Below, piece by piece: positions 39,961 through 49,864 of a stretch of 64,000 nucleotides of DNA (the first letter of the stretch is position 1; every line of letters starts with the position of its first letter). The translations under genes and the position numbers were made by a program. Source of the DNA: Vicugna vicugna. Lineage: Eukaryota. The stretch is taken from NCBI GenBank assembly GCA_013265495.1, contig MU058584.1, forward strand, positions 8,026,407 to 8,090,406. Direction: 5' to 3'. Under the pieces are notes generated by a model. That model saw nothing but the letters and a program-made list of their open reading frames with translations, was not told the DNA's origin and did no database searches.

Positions 39961-42166
39961 ACCTCCTGTATCTTTGATCTATTCATCTTCAGTATGTTTT
40001 TCCTCTCAGCCTACCAGCGTCTCAATTTCTGTCCCTCCCTAAATAGAATCTCTACGTCAAAAGCATCTGCCTTCCAATGTGTGACACTTTCATTCTTTCA
40101 CTTGAGCTAGTAGCATCCACGAGTTGCTTCTGCCTGCTGAGCCCTTGATCAGCTGCTTGCCCAGGCTGCTGGAATCACACTTCCTTCAGTTGCTAATGAC
40201 CCAGTCGCAGAGTTCCATTTTCAGTCTCCATACTGTTGACCTTCTCTTCTTGAAATTCTTTCTTACTTTGGCTTCTGACTTCACTTCTCCCTGACTCTTT
40301 TTCTATGACTTTGTCTTTATTTTTGTTTTTGTTTTTTTTTTTTTTCTGGATCTGCCTCTGGCTGATCCTTGAATTTGATGCACATCAGGATTCCCTTTCC
40401 ATTTGTTCTTTACCATGTCCCCTTTCCTGTCAGGTCTCTAAACTTTACAGAGACTCCAGCATTCAGACCCTTGAGAATTCCTGTTCTCAAATTCTATCTC
40501 CTTTCTATCTGGCCTAGACCCCAGGACACATCACTTCAGTTGCTCTCTTGCCAGAAGACTCATCCTCCTCATTGCCCCATCTTTTTTGTATCTTTTCTTA
40601 AAATTCTTTGACATTAGGTGTACCCACCACTCTTTTTCTCACTTTCCTCTGGGCTATTGCATTCAACTGGAGAAAATCACAACTGTTGTTCTTCAAACTG
40701 AGTTGCTTAGCCATTCCCCTTCTGTGGCCTTGATACCTTTCTCCTTTGTATTTCTCCAAAGGAATTTATTTCATATCTTTTTCATTTAAACTTCTTAACC
40801 TTCACTCATCATTCTTACTCAGAGCTGGTAGCCTTGCCTTTAAGAAAGTGATAATTTGATACTCAATTTTCATTATCTCTTCACCTTGAAACTTCATTGT
40901 ATCTCTACATCTCCCACTCCTTCCCTGGTGCTCTGAGTAGAAGATATCTGTCTAAAAATTTACCTCGTGATAATTTTGCTTCTCTAAGTTTCCTCTTTCG
41001 TCTCCTCCAAGACTGAGATCTTTTATTCATCAGTCACTTCCTCCCCATCATGCATTTCAACCTCTCTTTCTCTGTTACTTAAATCTTTAAAGCCTACAGA
41101 TGTGTTCAGATCTCTTTGATTTTTAGCTACAACCACAACCAACTCCCTTTCACTGCGTTAAAATAGGCCCTCTTATAAACGGCCATGGGGCCACCTTTCT
41201 GGAAGGCAATTTGACAATATGTAAATATTCTTAAAATATTTAGTCTTTTAAGCGCCTGACTTTTCTCTACTTAGAAATACAACTTAGGGAGAAAAATTGG
41301 AAATTTTACTATTAAAGAATTTGCATCTCTTCCCAAACTTAAATGTCAGTGTATGATTTGTTTAATAAATGGTAGTTATGTTTAAGAAGAATCTTAGTTG
41401 GCTAGAGAAAGTAAAGTCAGATGGGAATGGCTCAACCAAATCTTCACTGAATCATTGATGTTAAATATCTTATCATTTGGGACAAAAAATTCAACTCACA
41501 CGTGCTTACATATTTGGAGAGATTTATTTGTTCATGTAACAAAAAACATCAAAATTGGGGTTGGTTTCAATTGAGGCCTGATAAAGTGGTTCAAATTATG
41601 TCTGTGCAGACTCTCAACAGCATAGGCAATAAAACTGTAGCAGTCTCATAGGCAGAGTTACTACTATTTTTGCCTTAGCATAGTTCCTACAGTCTGTCAG
41701 TAGTCTTAACACATATTCTCCTCGCCTTATCTACTCAACCAAGACAATCACAGAGTGAACCTAAAAAAAATACTTGCATATATAGCACATAATGAAATAT
41801 GTGAAAATGCAATATTATGAAAATGAAATAGGAAAATGAAATACTATTCATTTTCTAGAATGATATTTGAAAGTTAGAATCCATTTTTGTGATATTTAAA
41901 TTTTTTCTACAGTGAGTGTGCACAACTCTATAGCAAATACAATCCCAAACTGCAAATACATACTTAACACAGACAAATTTATAAAAGACTATAAAGAAAC
42001 ACACCAAAATGCTAACAGTAGTGATCTTTCAGTGCTGGTGTTACAGAAGGTTTTTTATTTTTTTATCTTCATATTTTCATGTGGGTAATGGGCACAAATC
42101 TCAATCCACAAACAAAGGCCAAAAAATACAACACTCTTTAGTTTATCTACAAATCAACCTACGTTC

Positions 42167-42611
42167 TGTCGGTGTTGCGATATCATGTACACATACACAC
42201 CATTTGCAGAGAGAGCTGATGGCTACTCTGTTTATTGATTCTTAGAAAAGGATTTGTATAGAACATGCATGGTGCCTCACATATCATCTAAGTTGTAACA
42301 ATGTTAATAATTTTAAGCTATTTAGGTTCCCAGGCTCCTGCAGTAAGCACAGGATGTTACATGATCAAGGACAGATTGTTTTAAAGTTCGTCACAAAACT
42401 TCTTTAAATAACCATCTCTTAACCAGCCAGCTGTGCCTGTCTTAGGTTGTCCTCCTCTGAGGATCTTACCTGTCGTTGGCTATCCAGCTGTCCATGCTGG
42501 ATACATTAAATAGGCCATCTCTTATCCAGCTGGCTACGTGACATTTCCTGCAGCTTGTTTATCAGTTCAGCCCATGGCTTATTCTCTAGAGCCTTCAGGC
42601 GGGGGCCTACA
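42167..42611 (-). mobile_element. 3' LTR of the ERV (445 bp)
   Basis: About 93% identical to the 5' LTR by hand alignment (~28 substitutions plus a few indels), and preceded by the polypurine tract. Confidence 0.95.
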
Positions 42612-44230
42612 TATCCCCTCTTATTAAAAGCAAGGAAATAATCCTGTTGCACAGAAGCAAGCAGTCCCATCATAGCAAGAGTTTGTTGTTGAGCTTCCTG
42701 TTGCTTATGTAAATTATACATCCATTTTAAAAGATATAACAAGGCAATACAGATCCATACAAGCATGCCAATATTAATAAAAATGTGTAAATTAAGCCCG
42801 TTAAACCAATTTTTAGGCTTAAGCCAATGTAATCCATTTTCAATTCGCTCAAATACGTTTTGTGCAAAAGCATCATGGATATTATGAAATTGAGTTTCCA
42901 ACTCGTCTTGTAAGGAGTTAATATGTTTTCCCCCCAAATCATTAAATGCTCCTTGTTGTTTTCCAATCCATTTTATGGCAGCCTCAAGAGCCTGTAGTCT
43001 AGCCATGATTCCACGATCTATGTCAACCTGTGTTTGTAGCCCTTGAGTTACATTAGTCAAAACCTTCTCAACTATATGGGCAGTATTAATAGAGGATATT
43101 AGAGCTGTTGTAGCAGCTGCAGCCATGGCAATTATGATTATTGCCGATACAATAAAAGCAATGAGTGTAGCTATGAATCTTTTGGGCCTAACTTTCTTGA
43201 AAGACTCTAATAGCACATATAAACTTTACTCATTAGACCAGGTTTTGTTCAGGGTAACTGGTAGCCATACACGAGCCCATTGTTTTAGTAGCATAACATA
43301 AGATACATTATAGTCACTAATATTTTTGTGAGTCAAACAATCAGAATACCAGAAAGGAGGAAATAAATTGGTGATATAAATATGGTCAGTAGTAATATTA
43401 GGAGGGAAGGGACCCCAAACTAAAATGTAACCAGAATCAGAGACATTGGTAATTAATGACATAGAATAATTGCCTGACCCATTAATATAGTCTCCATGAT
43501 AAAGAATTTTGTCAATAAAAGGCAGTCTGAGGCTCCAAATGGTCTTATGCATAGGACTAAAAATAGTGTTGCCATCAAACAGTTGTAAAATGGGTCTGGA
43601 AAGTCCATGTTTACTCCAAGTAATTGGTGCCAAAGAATTTTGTCCAAACTGAAGAGACATGTTATTACTTAACAAATGTCCATGGGGCCCCCAATCCAAG
43701 AGAGTTTCATTGAACAAGGATCTATTATGAGGACGTTGTATCCTGCAGGGTGACCACTGAACAGAATAAAACTTATGTTTCCAATCAGTTTTTGGTTTAC
43801 ACATGGGGACAGGTGGTACTTGTGATACATTCATAATTTCATAAGTAGTAGTTGATACAGCTGTAATAAAAGTTAAATTAGCTGCTTGATTTCCCTTCTT
43901 AGGTTGATAATACAAGTACAATTGCTTCTGTAGATTAATACATTCAGTATGTGACTTATTATATACACTACATAAAGGTAGATTATGAGAATATAGTGTC
44001 AATGTTTGGTTGCTGTGCAGATATTCTTGTGTTGCCATGGGAGGTATCCATGTGCCACCTGTCCAAGCAGAATTGTTAGAAGCAAGTGGGGGGTCTGCAT
44101 GCCATCAAGTTAAAGGTGTTAAACAAGGGAGGGTTTAGAACATAAGCCCAGTAAGATAGATTAAGCTCAACATGCAAGCATGCAAAGAAGAAAGAAGTAA
44201 GTATAAGGGTGTAGAACCATACTTTACCCC
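42506..44230 (-). pseudogene. env: Betaretroviral-type env (SU+TM), disrupted
   Basis: Hydrophobic signal, then YWAYVLNPP (cf. HERV-K/JSRV YWAYVP.PP). SU ORF 44038-43226 ends WLPVTLNKTW. Furin site RPKR, fusion peptide FIATLIAFIVSAIIII, heptad repeat and TM anchor follow. Lesions: frameshift ~44120, TGA 44107-44105, TAA 43228-43226. Confidence 0.92.
42612..42623 (-). promoter_or_regulatory. Polypurine tract
   Basis: Minus strand TAAGAGGGGATA lies immediately before the TGT start of the 3' LTR. Confidence 0.8.
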
Positions 44231-44233
44231 TTT

Positions 44234-45525
44234 TCAGCTGTCCTTTTCAGTGAACTTCTTAACACTCTTCTTGGGTACCCACTTTAATCTAGTACCTGTA
44301 TCAATTTATAAAGACCCCTTCTCCTAACATTTTACATCAAAAGTCCCTTCCCAAGTATCAGTAAATGGTTTTTTAAAATTTATACCTTAACTCCTTTTAC
44401 ATCTAAAGGTGAGTATAAACTTTTAAGTTGATGTAAATCTACTTAGTCTTCAATTTAAAAAATTAAGTGTAAAAAGCGCATGATATAATATATTATGGCT
44501 TTCTTGTATTTTATAATTATTTCCCCCTTTCCTATGTAAGCACCCCTGTAGGTGTCTGAGGTGTATTTAAAACAGTAAGAATAATAGGTAACTTAGGTTG
44601 CAACCAGTGTGAAAATAGACAATTTAAAGCTTCATTAACCTTTTTAAATTCTTAGATAGTTTTAGGGGTTAATGTACGTAATGAGGTAGGTTCCCTATCT
44701 CCTTCTAACGATTGAAATAAATGATGTAATAGGACTGTAGGTATTCCTAAAAAAGGTCTGATCCAGTTAATATGTTTTAGCAATTGTTGCAATTGAACTA
44801 ATGTCATAGAAGGCTTGATATCTAATTTCATATTGTGTGGCCTGATAGTTTGTGTGTTAATAGTTATCCCAAGAAATTCCCAAGGTTGCATTTTTTTGTA
44901 CTTTATCTTGAGCAAAAAAAAGGCCCTTGGTTTGTAAAATTGTAACAGTTTTTTGAAATAGAAGGAGATTAGGTTTGTTTTTTATAGTCAGTAAAATGTT
45001 ATCCATATAATGAAAAATATATGCCTGAGAAAATTGTTGACGTATAGTTTCTAAAATTTTTCTTACTAATTGCTGACATATAGTAGGACTATTTTTCCTA
45101 CTATATGGAATTTCCATTGATAACATTTAGGAATCTCCTGATTGTTATAGGTAGGAACAGTAAAGGCAAATTTTTCTCATTAGCTTTGTGCAAAGATAAC
45201 AATCTTTTATGTTAATAACAAGTAAGGGCCAAGAGTCAAGAATAAGCGAAGGACTGGGTAGCCCCTTTTGTAAGGGTCTCATAGGTTGCATTACTGCATT
45301 TATAGCACGCGAATCTTGAAATAATTTCTATTTTTTTTATTATAAAAACAAGTATGTTTTAAGGACTAATAGAATGTTTTAAATGACCCAGCTTTAGTTG
45401 TTTTGAAACCAATTTTTGTAATGCTTGTAGTTTTCTTTAGGAAGGGCCATTGTTCCCCCAAACAGGCTGCTGTTGGGTCCATGTTAGAGCAATGGGAATA
45501 ATATTTGGGAGAGAGCAGCAGTCCC
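44234..45525 (-). pseudogene. pol: pol remnant: reverse transcriptase plus integrase C-terminus, with RNase H and IN core deleted
   Basis: RT motifs QDSRAINAVMQPM..LQKGLPSP, NSPTICQ, YMDN (degenerate YMDD), PWEFLG, LQQLLKHINWIRPFLGIPT. After a junction near 44540 come the IN C-terminal motifs HALFTLNFLN and KWVPKK. Many stops and frameshifts. Confidence 0.9.
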
Positions 45526-45529
45526 TATC

Positions 45530-46260
45530 CTTAAGGATCAATCTTCAAGGTCAGGTTTCACTGAGCAAGAAGGTCCCTGCCTCATAGAGTGCAGGGTATT
45601 GGTAATACAAAAGGAGTTACAAAGGCCATTTTATTTTTAGGCTCTTGGACCTTTAGTGGATGCCATCGGTTCATCAGTTCACCAACTCCTTAATAGTAAC
45701 ATCAGATTTGTGTTTTTGCCAATCAGAAGGCCAATGAAAACTAGTTTTGTCCGCTCCTGTGTCTAATAACCCTGTAAATAGCTTTCCTTGTATTGAAACT
45801 GTTAGAACAGGTCTGTTATCAGTTAATGAATGTGTCCAAAAAGCTTGCTGTCCTGTATGTCTGAAGCCCTTATCTCCTCTATTATTTTCACCAAATTTTT
45901 GAGCAGGTAAATAAGGTATCAAAATAATTTGAGCAATTTGAGATTGCTTAGGAACAATGTAACAAGAAGAGGCATGAACCATAATTTTAATTTCTCCAGT
46001 ATAATCATTATCAATAATACCAGGTAAAATTGTTAATAACCCTTTTAAGCCCATAGATGATCTCCCTATTAGCAATCCAAAATACCTAGAAGGTAAAGGT
46101 CCCCAAACTCCAGTAGAGATTAAGTAGGTTTTATTATTGTCATTTATCAATTCATTATCAATAGTCATTAGATCTAAATTTGTGCTCCCGGGGGAAGCTG
46201 TAATGAGGTCAGAAATGGTGAGATGGGACTTTGGCTGACTGTGATTTCCTGTATTTGTTT
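45530..46260 (-). pseudogene. pro: dUTPase-protease (pro), disrupted
   Basis: dUTPase motifs ASPGSTNLDL, TGVWGPLP, GLLIGRSS, GIIDNDYTGEIKIM, IAQIILIP, RGDKGF. Aspartic protease LLDTGAD, then a frameshift near 45690 and L*GRDLLAQ*. Confidence 0.93.
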
Positions 46261-46361
46261 TTGAGGGGCACCTCGAAGGATGCCTTGCTTTGAAATAGCC
46301 TTTAACAATTGCTGCAGAATATGGAAATAAATCTTTTGCTGTACTGTCAGCTGCTGTTCAT
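46170..46361 (-). pseudogene. gag: gag remnant: matrix N-terminus fused to gag C-terminus, with CA/NC deleted
   Basis: ATG at 46361 is followed (with a 1-nt loss) by QQLTVQQKIYFHILQQLLKAISKQG, resembling the betaretroviral MA start (MGQ.LS....Y...LK..LK). It runs directly into LRGAPQKQIQ, which resembles a gag C-terminus. No CA or zinc-knuckle sequence remains. Confidence 0.7.
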
Positions 46362-46557
46362 GGTTACATTGCGGCGCGCCTGATAGGCTGAAAATCCCTG
46401 ATATAAATTTGTTCCTTTACTTATATGTAGTCGCCACGCTGATATCATGCTGCTGCTTAGTAAGCTGTTGCTCCATGAGTATTCCTCGGCACACCTGATA
46501 GGCTGAAAAGTCCCCCCAAATTTCCTTAGTTCCATTTATGTGTTTGCTGAGTCTGAT

Positions 46558-46575
46558 ATCACATCAGGGTCACCA
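46558..46575 (-). promoter_or_regulatory. Primer-binding site complementary to tRNA-Trp
   Basis: Minus strand reads TGGTGACCCTGATGTGAT against the vertebrate tRNA-Trp/ASLV PBS TGGTGACCCCGACGTGAT: 16/18 match, and both mismatches are CpG-to-TpG. Confidence 0.9.
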
Positions 46576-46577
46576 TC

Positions 46578-47001
46578 TGTCGGTGTACACATACACACCG
46601 TATGGGGAGAGAACTGATGGCTACTCTTTATTGATTCTTGTAAAAGGGTTTATATAGAACATGCATGGTGCCTCACATAATCTAAGTTGTAACAATGTTA
46701 ATAATTTTAAGCTATTTAGGTTTTCAGGCTCCTTCAGTAAGCACAAGATATTACATGATCAAGGACAGATTGTTTTAAAGTTCGTCACAAAACTTCATTA
46801 AGTAGGCCTTATCCAGCCAGCTGTGCCTGTCTTAGGTTGTCCTCCTCTGAGGATCTTACCTGTCATTGGCTATCCAGCCGTCCATACTGGATACATTAGG
46901 TAGGCCATCTCTTATCCAGCTGGCTACATGACATTTCTCACAGCTTGTTTATCAGTTCAGCCCATGGCTTATTCTCTAGAGCCTTCAGGTGGGGGCCTAC
47001 A
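46578..47001 (-). mobile_element. 5' LTR of the ERV (424 bp)
   Basis: Minus strand starts TGTAGGCCCCC and ends ACACCGACA, followed after a 2-nt spacer by the PBS. TATATAAA at 46656-46649, AATAAA at 46632-46627. Confidence 0.95.
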
Positions 47002-47921
47002 CGTTCTATTTCAAGCCTTCAGTTGAACTGGGAGGTAGAATTTTATTTACAGTGTTCCTGGACCCATGACTAAGTTCCAGGGGTGTTCAGCAGGCTGCGG
47101 ACTCTAGGGATCAGTTAGCTCTCTGCCATCCTGTCTGTACTGGCAGAAGGTTGGATTGTGAGTTCACTCACCTCATGGTTCTGCTTTCTTACCTTGCTGA
47201 GAGGCCTCTCTGAGTCTGGTTTTCTCTCAGCTAACTCTGCGGCCTTCTTGGGTGCTCCTGGGCCACCTAGGGCATGAGAAATTTGGTAAGGTTATATAAA
47301 TCCCAAATGTGCGTGTAGTCAGCTCTCTTCCACTGCTCCCATACCATGCTAGGCAGAAGGAGACTCCCCAGAAATTGGCATTTTTTTTCAAGTTACATGT
47401 AGAAAACCAAGCACAGGTTTTCTCTTTCTGCTATCTCTCGCTTACCCGGATTTTCTGTCATGTCCCCCTTCAATTCTGAGCTCAGTGCAGCTCCTGTGGG
47501 GGCCCCCAGCTCAGGGATATAACCAAATGGGAAGTTCTTTAATTTTTCCTTTCCTTTCTTCAAGTCTGGAAGCTTATCCATTGTGAGGATGGGAAAAATT
47601 GATTCTTTTTTATCACGTATTTTTCCAAAGTTTTTATTTCTAGCACAAGGTAGATATTGTATTGAATTCTCTAAGGTAAAATGTTCTTGACTCAAAATAT
47701 TAGGCATTTATTTTAAAAAATCTTGCAAAATCTTTGATTTTGAAACCCACAATATTTTCTTTCCATTTCTAAACTATTTTACTTCTCTTGAGAAAATGCA
47801 TGTGTTGCCTTTTAGTTTAAATGAGGAAAAAGACGTAGTTGATGAGTAGAAGTGAAAAATACATTGATAGTACATGTATCAAAATATGATCTCTGTGTTT
47901 ATTTCTTAATTTTCTTTTTCC

Positions 47922-48357
47922 CTTTTTGAATAAATTTAATGTGTAACATTGTATGAATTTAAGGTGTACAATGTGTTGCTTCAATACATTTGTATATTGT
48001 GATATAATTGTAGTAGACTTTGTAGTGACATTAATCATGTTACATAATTTATAGTACACTGCTATTGTCTTCATTGATTACATTGTGCATTAGATCTCTA
48101 TAGCTTATTTACTGTCCACTAGAAGTTTATACCCTGAAAAAATATCCATTTTGTTCCCCTTTAACCCCCATCCCCCAGGAACTGCCATTTACTCTCCGTT
48201 TTCTACAAGTTTGGCATTTTTAGATTCCACATGTAAGTGACATCATACAGCACTTGTCTTTCTCTGTCTCCCTTATCTCACTTACAGTGTGCTCAAGGTC
48301 CATCCATCATGTTGCAAAGGGCGGGATATCCTTTCTCATAACTGAAGAATATTCCAA
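47922..48357 (-). mobile_element. L1 (L1MA-like) 3' end
   Basis: Antisense 3' UTR (TTTAAGGTGTACAATGTG…TTTTAGATTCCACATGTAAGTGA). Confidence 0.75.
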
Positions 48358-49864
48358 AGTTTCTTTAGCAAGCATATTTTTTCTTTCATAATCAGAAGAA
48401 AAACATTAAGTAAATGCACAGACAACCCTCCTTTGACCCTTTTCCCCACGTGGGCTCTGGCACGTCTCTTGCCTTCCCTTTATAGTTAATCTCTTCAACA
48501 GAACGTTACTCTTAACTTCCCGTTGTTTTCAAACCACCTCCGCCAAATATAATGGACTCTCTAATGTCTGTCTTACTTGTTTCTCTTTCACACGGACGTT
48601 GCAGACTCCTCTCGTGTTGACACTCTTCTTTCCCCTGGACTCTGAGGTACCACTGTGTTTTGGCACCTGCATCTCTCTCTGTCTCTTTTCATTCTCTTTT
48701 GCAGTGTCTTGTCTTTGCTTTTGAACGTTGGCATTGTCCAGAGTTGAGCTGTTGACTCTCTTATCTGATCACTCTGCAGGCTCTATCCTGACTTTACTCT
48801 GTCGCTGTTGGCTTTCGTTACTTACCACTGACATTCTGCTTCTTGGCAAATTAGATCCATACCTATAATCTCTCTTCTGGGCTCTAGAAATCAGCATCTC
48901 ATATGCATGACATCCAAAACTGATCTCGTTATCTTTCTGCTTAATTTGTTTTTCCTTCTACATTTCCTCTAAGAACCTTACTGCCATAGATGCAGTTATA
49001 AAAGACAAAAATGTTGCAGTTATTACATGTTCCTCTCTTACTTTTAATTCCTCTCTACTTGATTTGTGCCCATGTTGTATCTGCCCTCTGTTCTCTGTTC
49101 CCACTGAAATTAAATTGATTCCATATGGATTATCTCTTTTCCTGAACTACTGCTGAAGGCTTTCAACTACTCCTTGTGCCTGCTGTCTCCTATGACCTCA
49201 ATCTGTTCTCCTTTCTGGATATCTGGAGAGTGATATTTTCATGTTAATCAAAGTTACCCATATGCATAGTTTAAAAAGACATTTAAAAAATCCCAGAAAA
49301 CTGCTTATAAGATAAAATAGGCTCTGCCACTCCATCCTCTGTCTAACCCCATTTCTGCAGCCCTTTGTTGTGAATAACAAAGATACTCCTGTCACTCAGG
49401 AAATTCTCAGAAATGCTCTGTGCCAAGAAACAGGGACAAAGGTCAAATGTAGTTCTTAACTCTACTGCCCCATGTAGGAAATGACAGTTAGATGCATTTC
49501 TTTTCATGTACAGCTTTTTGTTTTCTGTTTTCCCTAGAATTGTCTTCCTTTGGTATGTTTGTTTAGTTTTCTAAGATCCTCTATCATTAATATAAATGCT
49601 CTCCATAGCTTTAAACCTTTAAATGTTCTATTAGTTTTGTCTTCTTGGAAATATCTTTCTCAGAGCCCTCTGAGTGCCTGCCCAGATCTGCCCTGCTTGT
49701 TCTCTCGGCCTGCTGCACACCTGCCACCCCGGAATCTCCCTTCCCTATTGCCCTGGGGACTCCCTTCACCTCTCTTCTGCATTAAATCCCGCTACCATTT
49801 ATGTCTTCATTTCCTTATTCTGTTGGGATATCTCTGCAAGGAGCTTCCTGATATTACAGGAAGC

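Larger units (their letters stand above)
42167..47001 (-). mobile_element. Class II (betaretrovirus-like) endogenous retrovirus, internally deleted provirus with two LTRs
   Basis: Direct repeats at 42167-42611 and 46578-47001, each TG...CA. CGTTC flanks both ends (42162-42166, 47002-47006). Internal order on the minus strand is PBS, gag remnant, dUTPase-protease, RT, IN C-terminus, env, PPT. Confidence 0.97.

Noticed and set aside
42506..44038. env as an intact, domesticated (syncytin-like) gene
   Set aside because: In-frame stop before the furin site, an upstream frameshift and stop separating the signal peptide, and loss of the TM cysteine loop.
46379..46509. 16-nt direct repeats considered as CRISPR-like or satellite
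   Set aside because: Only two copies in a eukaryotic ERV leader; explained by the leader duplication.
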